Both the position numbers and the translations under genes were made by a program. Positions 26,872 to 35,022 of a stretch of DNA of 53,860 nucleotides are shown here, one piece after another. Location: the NCBI GenBank assembly GCA_020347625.1, contig CP070735.1:1378020-1431879 (forward strand), given 5' to 3'. Each line of letters opens with the position of its first letter. The stretch's first letter is position 1. This stretch comes from Deltaproteobacteria bacterium (GTDB taxonomy: Bacteria; Desulfobacterota; Syntrophobacteria; BM002). Under the pieces are notes generated by a model. It saw nothing but the letters and a program-made list of their open reading frames with translations. It was not told the DNA's origin and searched no databases.

Positions 26872-29769
26872 TCAATTTTGGTTGGTTTCGCGTAGGATGG
26901 CATCCAGATTCCAATCCACCGGCAACCGCACCGCCTGTCCCTCTCTGGCCTGATAAATCAAATAGCCATGGTTCAGACCGAACTCGAAAAGGTCTCTGGT
27001 AATAGCCACGTCATCTCTGCAATAATTGGTAACCTCACCCAAATTGCCCTCCCGAAACCAACGCACTGCCTGGATACCATCGGCCACTTTGGATTTTCCT
27101 AGGGTCTGCTCAGCCAGGTGGTTCAGACTGAGACGAAAGCCCAACCGGCTGTGAATGTCGTCGAGGATGTCGAAGGTAGGTACCTTGCGAAAATCGAAAT
27201 GGGTGTAGGCGGATAACACCCGGTAATCGAATCGCTTAATATTGAATCCCACAACCAAATCGAAGTGTTGTAGCCGGCCAATCAGATTTTCCGCCTGCTC
27301 TTCGGTAAAGACCTCGTAGCGATCGGAGCGGTTATCATAAAGCACCGCCACCGCCAGCCGCATGAGGTGAATGTTTCCCCAACCGCCCACTTCGTCTGCC
27401 AGCCTTTGGGTCTCGAGATCCATATATCCCACGGACGGATCGTTGCTGGTTGACGCCAACACCTCCCGCCGTTCCACTATAGCTGACCCTTCTATCAGAT
27501 CGCTCTGCTTCACTTCCAAAGCATGTTCGCCTAATAATGCTTGTGCCAGAAACTGGGCAGCCGTTTTGTCCAGGGGCTTGTTACCGGAGCCGCACTTGGG
27601 CGAATGGATGCAAGACGGACAGCCCAGATCGCAGGGACAAGATGTGATGAGCTCGTCAGTCTTCCGCAGGAGTTCCTCGATCATCTCGAAGCCACGAGCT
27701 GCAAGACCCACCCCCCCGGGGTAACCGTCGTAGATGAAAACCGCGCTCTTTTGCAACTGTAGATGTCGGGGCACGGCAATACCGCCGACATCATTCCGAT
27801 CGCACATAGCAAACAAGGGAAACATACTGATCAGAGCGTGCTCCAGGGCGTGTATGCCTCCCATGAAATGGAGCTTTCGTCTGCGCACCATTTCCTGGAT
27901 AATGTCCTCGATCTCCAGCCAGAGGCCAATGGTCTCAAAGCTCAGTTCTGGCAAATCCAGTGGTACTGTATCCAGGAGTTCCCCACTGTAAAGGTTGCGC
28001 TTTTCATATCCGACAACCTGCTCAGTGACCCGCAACCGGCCCAAACGGGCGACGAAATTGGCCACCGGGCGACTCTGATCCACCCCCAGGATTTCCGTCT
28101 CCTTTTCACTCAAGGCCCTGGTGTAGTAGCGCGCCTTGATGGGTTTTGCAAAGACATTCTGCCGCTCCAGATCCAGCCGGGTCACCAGGTATTGCTGACC
28201 TCTATGCAAATAAATCGCTCCCTGGTGGCATTCTTTAAACACCCGGACGCCGTCATTTTTCCCCAGCACTTTTTCGCTGGGTTCTTCGAAAATGACATAG
28301 CCCGGGCCCACACTCCGAATGTCCACCAGACGCTGGGGCTGACGTCTGGCAGCATACCAAACGTCGCCCTCTGCACTGCGCAACAGGTCACCCCTGGCCT
28401 CGAGCGCTGGCACCCTATCGGCAAGCAGCCCTTCCTTGGCGTAAAGGTCTTCAGCCTCACGCAAGGGTATTTCTGCTGCGGCACATGGCAGATGAGCGTC
28501 CACCACCTCATAGTTGTCCGGGTCAACCACCGCCGCCTCAAAAGAACGTTGGAAAAAGTCGTGAGGATTCCGCATGAAGTACTGGTCAAGAGCATCTGGC
28601 TGCCCGATAAGGATTACCAGGGAATCGCGACCCGAACGTCCAACCCTGCCACTGCGCTGCCAAGTGTTGATGATGGTTCCGGGGTAGCCCACCAAAATGC
28701 AGGCATCCAAACCGCCAATGTCAATACCCATCTCCAGGGCACTGGTGGAGATCACTCCGGCAACAGCCCCACTGGCCAGACCCCGTTCGATATTCCGCCT
28801 TTCCTCGGCGAGAAAGCCGGCCCGATAAGAGCTCACCCTAGAGGCCAGTTCCGGCGCAGCCTCGGCCACATTCATGTGGAGGATCTCGGTGAGCTTGCGT
28901 GCCTGAGTGAAGGCAATTGTTTTGAGTCCCCCCCTGAGAGCCTGGACAAACAAACGACCGGCAACGGATGCGGCACTGCTGTCCGGGTTGACGAAAAAGA
29001 AGTGCCGTCCTGCCTGAGGTGCGCCATTTTGCTCCACAGCCCGGAAATTCATCCCGGTCAAGCGACTGGCAAAATCTCTGGCATTGGCAATGGTGGCGGA
29101 AAGCAGGATGTACCTGGGGTTGGAGCCGTAAAGCTGGCAGACCCGCTGCAACCTCCGCAGAACCTGGACAACGTGAGAGCCGAAAATGCCCCGGTAGGTA
29201 TGAACCTCATCTATTACTACCAAACGCAAGTTTCTAAAAAACGCTTCCCACTGTTGATGATAAGGAAGAAACCCCAGGTGGAGCATATCCGGATTGGAAA
29301 TGATCAGGGAAGGCAGATTCTCCTTGATACGACGGCGATGACTCGAAGGGGTATCGCCGTCGTATACCGCCGCGTCCAGACGCAGATCTTTTGGCAGAAC
29401 GTCATTGAACGAGATAAAGGCCTGGTATTGATCCTGCGCCAACGCTTTGAGGGGAAAAAGATACAAACCATGTCCACCATTCCCCTGCCCCAGAAGTTCC
29501 ATGAGAGCTAAATTGTAGATCAGCGACTTGCCGCTGGCAGTTGGTGTAGCGATGACAACATTGTCACCATTTCGGAAGCTGGAAAGCGCTTCAACTTGGT
29601 GTTGGTAAAGTCGGGAAATTTCTTGCTTGGCCAAAGCTTCGCGCAAGGGAAGAGAAAGGGGTGGCTCCAAACTTCCATAGATGGCATTCCGACTTGGAAG
29701 AAATTCATGATGGACCAACTGCCCACCCGGCAGCGGCGCAGTCTTCAAAAACTCAATAAATCTCTGCAT
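26872..29769 (-). CDS. DEAD/DEAH helicase with a DUF1998/MZB zinc module (MrfA/YprA-like) fused to a C-terminal RNase-H-like DEDD exonuclease (MrfB/YprB-like)
   Basis: Walker A TPTASGKSL, DEVH box VVIDEVHTYRG, QRSGRVGR motif VI, Cys cluster CPCDLGCPSCIHSPKCGSGN. C-terminal YMDLETQRL, VGFNIKRFDYRVL and YCRDDVAITRDLF. Confidence 0.85.
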   Translation of the reverse strand: MQRFIEFLKTAPLPGGQLVHHEFLPSRNAIYGSLEPPLSLPLREALAKQEISRLYQHQVEALSSFRNGDNVVIATPTASGKSLIYNLALMELLGQGNGGHGLYLFPLKALAQDQYQAFISFNDVLPKDLRLDAAVYDGDTPSSHRRRIKENLPSLIISNPDMLHLGFLPYHQQWEAFFRNLRLVVIDEVHTYRGIFGSHVVQVLRRLQRVCQLYGSNPRYILLSATIANARDFASRLTGMNFRAVEQNGAPQAGRHFFFVNPDSSAASVAGRLFVQALRGGLKTIAFTQARKLTEILHMNVAEAAPELASRVSSYRAGFLAEERRNIERGLASGAVAGVISTSALEMGIDIGGLDACILVGYPGTIINTWQRSGRVGRSGRDSLVILIGQPDALDQYFMRNPHDFFQRSFEAAVVDPDNYEVVDAHLPCAAAEIPLREAEDLYAKEGLLADRVPALEARGDLLRSAEGDVWYAARRQPQRLVDIRSVGPGYVIFEEPSEKVLGKNDGVRVFKECHQGAIYLHRGQQYLVTRLDLERQNVFAKPIKARYYTRALSEKETEILGVDQSRPVANFVARLGRLRVTEQVVGYEKRNLYSGELLDTVPLDLPELSFETIGLWLEIEDIIQEMVRRRKLHFMGGIHALEHALISMFPLFAMCDRNDVGGIAVPRHLQLQKSAVFIYDGYPGGVGLAARGFEMIEELLRKTDELITSCPCDLGCPSCIHSPKCGSGNKPLDKTAAQFLAQALLGEHALEVKQSDLIEGSAIVERREVLASTSNDPSVGYMDLETQRLADEVGGWGNIHLMRLAVAVLYDNRSDRYEVFTEEQAENLIGRLQHFDLVVGFNIKRFDYRVLSAYTHFDFRKVPTFDILDDIHSRLGFRLSLNHLAEQTLGKSKVADGIQAVRWFREGNLGEVTNYCRDDVAITRDLFEFGLNHGYLIYQAREGQAVRLPVDWNLDAILRETNQN

Positions 29770-29783
29770 GACAACCTATCGGA

Positions 29784-29818
29784 GTAGCACTAGGCACTAA
29801 GAACTAGTCACTAGAAAG
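29784..29818. repeat. period-7 array (TAGNCAC)
   Basis: GTAGCAC TAGGCAC TAAGAAC TAGTCAC TAGAAAG. Related words ACTAGGC occur at about 20045 and about 20165. Confidence 0.75.
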
Positions 29819-29837
29819 TGATTTGTTATTCTGTATG

Positions 29838-31568
29838 CTAGACGAAAAGCTCCACATGGGAAAAACTATCCACGTCCACAAGCCCCTGGTCAGTCAGTTT
29901 CAGCTTGGGTATGACAGGCAGGGCCAAGAATGACAGGGCCATGAAAGGGTATTCCAGAGACGCCCCCAGTGCCAGAGCCGCCTGATTAACCTCCTTTTTC
30001 CAAGCCACCACCTGCTCCAAGGCGGCAGTGGCCATCAGGCCGGCAACAGGCAGGGGTAGCTGCGCTCGAATCTGGCCCCCCTCGACTACCACCAGACCGC
30101 CTCCCAACTCCCGCAGACCGTTCACCGCAACTACCATGTCCAAATCGCTGGCGCCAACAACCACCAAATTGTGAGAATCATGGGCCACCGTGGAAGCAAG
30201 TGCGCCTCGGCGGAGGCCGAGACCACGGACAAATCCCAACCCCTTGCGGCCACTGCCATGGTGTCGCTCAATCACGGCTAGTTTCAGCAAATCACGATCT
30301 GGATCACTGACGGCCTCACCGTCTCGAGCCGTCACTGCGACAATCTCCTCAGCCGTTATCAGCGTGTTCGGAGCTGCACGTATGGCCCTCAGCTGTGGCC
30401 CCTGGATATGAATGCGCAGGTCCTCCTGGCTGAGTTCCTCCAGGTTCATGGAAATCAGCTGAACCTCTTTCGCGGTCGGTGACTCGGATAACAACCATTT
30501 ACCGCTTTCCGCCACCAGTTTTCCTTTTTTGTACACCTGTCCAATTTTAAGAGGGTGCAGAGAGTCGAGCACCACCATATCCGCCTGATAGCCTGGTGCA
30601 ATAGCGCCGTGAGAGCGCAGGCCAAAATATCGGGCCGGATTGAGAGTTGCCAGTTGGATAGCGGTTATCGGCTCAATACCCAACTCCATGGCCCGGCTAA
30701 GGACCCTATTCATATGGCCATGTTCCAGCAGATCCTCAGGGTGACAGTCATCGCTGACCAGCATGCAGCGATGAGCGGTTCTTGATGTCACCAGTGGTGA
30801 TAAAGCCTTTAAATCTCTAGCCTGACTCCCTTCTCGCAGCATGATGTGCATACCCTTTGCCAGCTTCTCCCTTGCCTCCTCCAGCAAAGTACATTCGTGA
30901 TCGGATCCGATGCCGCCACAAAGATAGGCGTCTAAGGGAGCACCACTCAGACCGGGGGAGTGTCCATCAATTACTTTGTCCCGAAAACGCTCGAGTTTGT
31001 CCAAGATTGCCGGGTCTCCATAAATTACACCCGGAAAGTTCATCATCTCTGCCAGTCCCAGTACCCGGGGATGTCGGGCCAGTACTTCGAGATCTTCAGA
31101 ACTCAATTCAGCCCCGGCGGTCTCCATGTCAGTGGCCGGCACACAAGAAGGGGCCATGAAGAAAACCTCCAGCCCGATGTCTTCACTTGTCTCCAGCATA
31201 AACTGAACCCCAGGGATACCCGCGACATTGGCGATCTCGTGAGGATCGGCCACCACAGTTGTGGTGCCCTGGGGCAATACAGCCCTGGCAAACTGTGGAG
31301 GCACCAGCAAGCTGCTTTCTAAATGGAAGTGGCCATCGATAAATCCCGGGGAGAGGATACCACCTTGAAGATCGATGACCCGGTGGGCCTGATGTTCAGC
31401 GAAACTCACCACAGTACCATCAAAAACCGCCACTGGCGTAGGTACCAATTCCCCGGTAAAGACGTTCACCACCTGCCCGCCCCGGAAAAGAAGGTCCACC
31501 GGTCTATCACCCCTGGCCGCTTCAAGTCTTCTGGCTAGTCTTTGTTGCCACTCGGTCACAGCTTCCAC
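29838..31568 (-). CDS. ade: adenine deaminase
   Basis: GFIDGHFHLESS metal-binding motif. Amidohydrolase pattern with later DGHSPG and SDHE blocks. GTG start. Confidence 0.85.
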   Translation of the reverse strand: MEAVTEWQQRLARRLEAARGDRPVDLLFRGGQVVNVFTGELVPTPVAVFDGTVVSFAEHQAHRVIDLQGGILSPGFIDGHFHLESSLLVPPQFARAVLPQGTTTVVADPHEIANVAGIPGVQFMLETSEDIGLEVFFMAPSCVPATDMETAGAELSSEDLEVLARHPRVLGLAEMMNFPGVIYGDPAILDKLERFRDKVIDGHSPGLSGAPLDAYLCGGIGSDHECTLLEEAREKLAKGMHIMLREGSQARDLKALSPLVTSRTAHRCMLVSDDCHPEDLLEHGHMNRVLSRAMELGIEPITAIQLATLNPARYFGLRSHGAIAPGYQADMVVLDSLHPLKIGQVYKKGKLVAESGKWLLSESPTAKEVQLISMNLEELSQEDLRIHIQGPQLRAIRAAPNTLITAEEIVAVTARDGEAVSDPDRDLLKLAVIERHHGSGRKGLGFVRGLGLRRGALASTVAHDSHNLVVVGASDLDMVVAVNGLRELGGGLVVVEGGQIRAQLPLPVAGLMATAALEQVVAWKKEVNQAALALGASLEYPFMALSFLALPVIPKLKLTDQGLVDVDSFSHVELFV

Positions 31569-31659
31569 TCCAGTTTAGCTTTCGAACATCGAGAGGTTAT
31601 CCGCGAAAAGGGCTATGAATTCACCGATATGTGATGTGCCATAGGGATTTTTTAATGAT

Positions 31660-31708
31660 CACACATCCCACATCTCACATCCCCCATCTCTTCACCCTTC
31701 TTCCCTTC
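31660..31708. repeat. period-7 array (CNCACAT decaying to CCCTTCT)
   Basis: CACACAT CCCACAT CTCACAT CCCCCAT CTCTTCA CCCTTCT TCCCTTC. Confidence 0.8.
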
Positions 31709-31877
31709 AGCGGATACCTTTCGCCTAAATCTCTCACGGTAAAAAGAAATCAATAACCTGTATTCCCTTGCGAATCCCTCCAATGCGCTTTCAAAAGCGG
31801 GCCCACTATAACAGAATTGCATTTACCTAACAACAAGAGTCCCGTAGCCAATACTTTCGGCCCATCGGATCTGCTGG

Positions 31878-31912
31878 GACCTTTTCATGGTCGCGAAAAG
31901 GTCATTTTTACC
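31878..31912 (+). terminator. orphan intrinsic terminator (no upstream plus-strand CDS)
   Basis: GACCTTTTC (31878-31886) pairs with GAAAAGGTC (31895-31903) across an 8-nt loop, followed by ATTTTTACCCATTTTTTT. Confidence 0.5.
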
Positions 31913-31955
31913 CATTTTTTTACCCATTTTTGGTAAAGCCAGAAATGGGTAAAAA
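31905..31955. promoter_or_regulatory. three copies of a TTTTTACCCATTT box (two direct, one inverted)
   Basis: TACCCAT cores at 31909-31915 and 31921-31927. Inverted ATGGGTA at 31945-31951, each flanked by T/A runs. Confidence 0.4.
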
Positions 31956-32087
31956 GTGTTACTTTTTTTATCTGTTGGCATTGACAGAGAAAGATAACGG
32001 GGCAAGGTTGACAGAGTGGAAGTGAGGGAAGCGGAAACGACCGTTTCATGTGTGACTAATCGTTTGGTGATCAGATTAGAGTTTCTA

Positions 32088-32115
32088 TTGACAGGAATGA
32101 AAAGTTTGCTAAAAT
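32088..32115 (+). promoter_or_regulatory. near-consensus sigma70 promoter with extended -10
   Basis: TTGACA (32088-32093), 16-nt spacer, TGcTAAAAT (-10 at 32110-32115). Two further TTGACAGAG copies at 31981 and 32008. Confidence 0.55.
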
Positions 32116-32174
32116 GAAAAAAGATTAAATCATTGCGAACCCCAACCTCGCCAACGCGGCGAGAGGGGGTGTAA

Positions 32175-32360
32175 ATGGACTACAATGAGAAGATGATCAT
32201 CAAGACCATTGAGAGTCCTTGCCGCGGCTGTCCAAAATTAGAACAAGAGCGGGAACTGTGCATGCGAGATTGTGACAAACTGCAAGCATTTCAAGACGCC
32301 ATGGTCAGGGTCCAAGAGGAGAAAGTCCACTGGTTCTCTTCACGTCTCCGCGCTGCCTGA
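32175..32360 (+). CDS. small Cys-rich protein (61 aa)
   Basis: ATG preceded by GAGGGGGT. Cysteines arranged CRGC...CMRDC. Bracketed by a strong promoter (32088) and a terminator (32457). Confidence 0.55.
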   Translation: MDYNEKMIIKTIESPCRGCPKLEQERELCMRDCDKLQAFQDAMVRVQEEKVHWFSSRLRAA

Positions 32361-32456
32361 GACTACTTAAAATGCTCTAGCGAGCGGATTCCAAATCCGC
32401 CGAAGGCGGACTGCGGGGTTAGCAAGCGAAATACAACAAGATCGAATATCCTACGC

Positions 32457-32495
32457 AAGCTCCCTTAGCTATCAGCAGGGAGCTTCACTATTTTT
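32457..32495 (+). terminator. intrinsic terminator
   Basis: AAGCTCCCT (32457-32465) pairs with AGGGAGCTT (32477-32485) across an 11-nt loop, then CACTATTTTT. Confidence 0.65.
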
Positions 32496-32712
32496 CAGCA
32501 TTGGCCTCAGCACTGCTCACATTTTCAGTCAAGCCGTTGAGATTCTATTCTCTATAACTATTTGGAAAAATTTGGTTTTTATTTTCTCTGTGTGCAATGC
32601 GCCACGCGTGCTTCCCGTTGGCGTATGGGTGAACCTGTGATTCGGATCCGTCTTAGCTACAACCTGTATTCATCGTCCCGAGCACCGAATTTCATCTTGC
32701 CGTTTATACTCG

Positions 32713-32883
32713 TCAATGAAGGGTTTCCTCAATCTCCCAGTCTTCGGGTTTGTAGAAGGACCATGGATGCTGGCAAAGCGGGCAAGCCAGGGGCAGCTTT
32801 TCCCCGGGCTCAGCGGTCATACCATCCAACTCCAGGTCAAAGTAAAAGAACTCTCTGCACTCAGCACACTGGAAACGATCCAT
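32713..32883 (-). CDS. small zinc-ribbon protein (56 aa), below the ORF-track length cutoff
   Basis: My translation: MDRFQCAECRELFYFDLELDGMTAEPGEKLPLACPLCQHPWSFYKPEDWEIEETLH. Contains CAEC and CPLC pairs. GGAGAAGAGG lies directly upstream of ATG 32883. Same direction as the upstream lipase gene. Confidence 0.55.
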   Translation of the reverse strand: MDRFQCAECREFFYFDLELDGMTAEPGEKLPLACPLCQHPWSFYKPEDWEIEETLH

Positions 32884-32979
32884 CCTCTTCTCCTAACACG
32901 GTATTAGCAATAGCTATCACATCCGCTTGAACTTCAGAGCAACGGTTCGCAAAGTTACGCATCCGTTTTTCGGGTGACC

Positions 32980-33810
32980 TTACTCCTCCTCTAAACACTG
33001 CCTGACCAGACTCGCCGTTTGCTTGCAGAAAACTAGACCGACATGACTTACCGTTCGAGTTTCAATATTTTTCACCCCATCCCATGCTAGCTTGGGAGAG
33101 TCGTTGGGAAGCACCATGTTGTCCACAATGGTATAGATAGAGTAAAATCGGTTTGTTTCCGGAAGCTGAATGCCAGCCTGGTTTAGTTTCTCGAGGAAGG
33201 AGCTGCCCGGCCGCATTTCTTTTGTTGCCTCACCCACTCCAAACACGGTAAATTTTGAGCCGTGATGCGGGCTCCCCAAGGTAACCACCCGTCTGACTTT
33301 TTCCTTAGCGGAGTCATTGGCCAAATAGGAACGAATTACGAGCCCGCCCATACTGTGACCTACCAAATCAACCTGACTGCTACCCGTATCCGCCAACACC
33401 CGCTCAACCTCCTCAGTGAGCACTTGCACATAATTCTGGATGGAACGGAATTTTCCCCGAAGATTCATGGCCGTCGTATGTTCCCAGCCCCACCTACGAA
33501 ACCAACGTAGGTACAAGTACCAAGCTGTATGGTTGTGGTAAAGGCCATGGATGAAGATAATGGGCGTTCGCTCGGCTCTTCCGGTGGGCAAACGATAGAA
33601 TTTGCGGTGCAGACCGGTTGCTGCGGTCAGTACCATAAGTATATGGCTGTACATACTCCAGAGAAAACCATTGAGCAGGAACAGTGATACTTTACCGCGT
33701 GCTCGCAGCACCTCCAGGTGCGTCCCATTGGCAGCCTCGTAATAGAAAATCACGTAGGTCAAAGCGACCATGAACACCCAAAATAAAACCAATAATAGGA
33801 GCCAACACAT
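32980..33810 (-). CDS. membrane-anchored alpha/beta hydrolase (lipase/esterase-like)
   Basis: Two N-terminal TM segments. Oxyanion region IIFIHGLYHN and nucleophile elbow GHSMGG. Confidence 0.8.
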   Translation of the reverse strand: MCWLLLLVLFWVFMVALTYVIFYYEAANGTHLEVLRARGKVSLFLLNGFLWSMYSHILMVLTAATGLHRKFYRLPTGRAERTPIIFIHGLYHNHTAWYLYLRWFRRWGWEHTTAMNLRGKFRSIQNYVQVLTEEVERVLADTGSSQVDLVGHSMGGLVIRSYLANDSAKEKVRRVVTLGSPHHGSKFTVFGVGEATKEMRPGSSFLEKLNQAGIQLPETNRFYSIYTIVDNMVLPNDSPKLAWDGVKNIETRTVSHVGLVFCKQTASLVRQCLEEE

Positions 33811-33971
33811 ATTATCTCACCCTTTACTATTTATTGCTTCCTGCCTAAACTATAAACGCACACGCGAGGTACAAGGTGTACTTTCAGGCGCCAGACAGGA
33901 ATGAAAAAAAATTTTGAACAATTTTCCGTCTCCCGCGCCTGGCATACGTCCCGTGACTCTAGCGCTTCACA

Positions 33972-35012
33972 GTGATTCCGTTCCTTTTGACAAAAGGAGA
34001 AACTTTAATTAGCACACAATTGATGAAGCCGAAACCTCTTTATATTAAAACCCTCAGGGTTGACCCGCCCCTGGTCCTGGCACCCATGAGTGGACTGAGC
34101 CACACCGTATTGCGACAGCTTGTGGCGGAATATGGCGGCTGCGGTCTCTTTTATTCCGAGATGCTCAGCGCCCGCGCACTTCCCTTGGAGTCACCCGAGT
34201 CTTCAACATGGCTGCGCCGTAGTGCCCACGAGCGACCAATCATTTACCAGCTCCTCGTCTCAAGTGGTGAGGAATTACCCGGAGCCATAGAAAAGGTCGA
34301 CGCTTGTGGTGCGGATGGTCTAGACTTAAATATGGGATGCACCACCGCCCTCATCACCAAAAGGGGTGGCGGCATTGCCCTAATGAAGGATCTAAAACGC
34401 GCACAAGCGATCGTCACTGTAAGTCGCCAAGCCACCCAATTGCCGCTTACCGCTAAAATCCGTCTGGGCTGGACATTGAATTGGCACGCCCTCAGAGATT
34501 TTTGCTTGATGCTCCAAGAGAGCGGCGTTGATGCGATCTCTGTGCATCCCCGCCTCAAACAGGACCGACTCAAAAGGCCTGCCCGGTGGGAGTACATTGG
34601 CAGGATCAAAGGACTTCTCGATATCCCTGTAATTGGCAACGGCGACGTTGACTCGCCAGAAGCAGCCCTGCGGATGTTCAATCAGACCGGCTGCGACGCG
34701 GTTATGATCGGTCGCGCCGCAGTTCGACGCCCGTGGCTCTTCAGCCAGATAACCGGGTGGCTGTCACCTTCGCACCATAACGAAAGCCCTCCAGAACCGC
34801 CTGAGGCGTACAACCGTTTTGTCTCCCTCTTGAATGCCTCCATTGATCCTGAATGTGCGCTGCCGCTCCTGAAACGATTCACCTTTTATTTTGCGCAAAA
34901 CTATGCTTTCGGTCACACACTTTGGCGCTTAGTCCACAATGCCAAATCTACAACCGAGGCACTGGCACATGCCAATGATTTCTTCCAAACACAGCCTGCG
35001 AAGCCGGGTTAG
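33972..35012 (+). CDS. tRNA-dihydrouridine synthase
   Basis: LVLAPMSGLSHTVLRQL, DGLDLNMGC, TAKIRLGW and SVHPRL blocks typical of Dus. GTG 33972 or ATG 34023 as start. Confidence 0.85.
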   Translation: MIPFLLTKGETLISTQLMKPKPLYIKTLRVDPPLVLAPMSGLSHTVLRQLVAEYGGCGLFYSEMLSARALPLESPESSTWLRRSAHERPIIYQLLVSSGEELPGAIEKVDACGADGLDLNMGCTTALITKRGGGIALMKDLKRAQAIVTVSRQATQLPLTAKIRLGWTLNWHALRDFCLMLQESGVDAISVHPRLKQDRLKRPARWEYIGRIKGLLDIPVIGNGDVDSPEAALRMFNQTGCDAVMIGRAAVRRPWLFSQITGWLSPSHHNESPPEPPEAYNRFVSLLNASIDPECALPLLKRFTFYFAQNYAFGHTLWRLVHNAKSTTEALAHANDFFQTQPAKPG

Positions 35013-35022
35013 CACCAGCTGA

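Noticed and set aside
27763-29511. 582-aa plus-strand ORF, the longest unexplained ORF in the track
   Set aside because: It lies entirely antisense to the helicase gene, whose motifs (Walker A, DEVH, motif VI, MZB Cys cluster) are unambiguous. Its translation is low-complexity and Gly/Pro/Arg-rich with no motif. It is a typical stop-free shadow frame.
31823-32005. 60-aa minus-strand ORF (MPRYLSLSMPTDKK...)
   Set aside because: It runs through the TACCCAT boxes and the plus-strand terminator. Its translation is Lys/Met/Gly low-complexity and it has no RBS.
32562-32930. 122-aa and 63-aa plus-strand ORFs in the spacer after the 61-aa gene
   Set aside because: They start downstream of a clean plus-strand terminator (32457-32495) and have no RBS. 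They overlap a better-supported minus-strand zinc-ribbon ORF that has a strong Shine-Dalgarno sequence.
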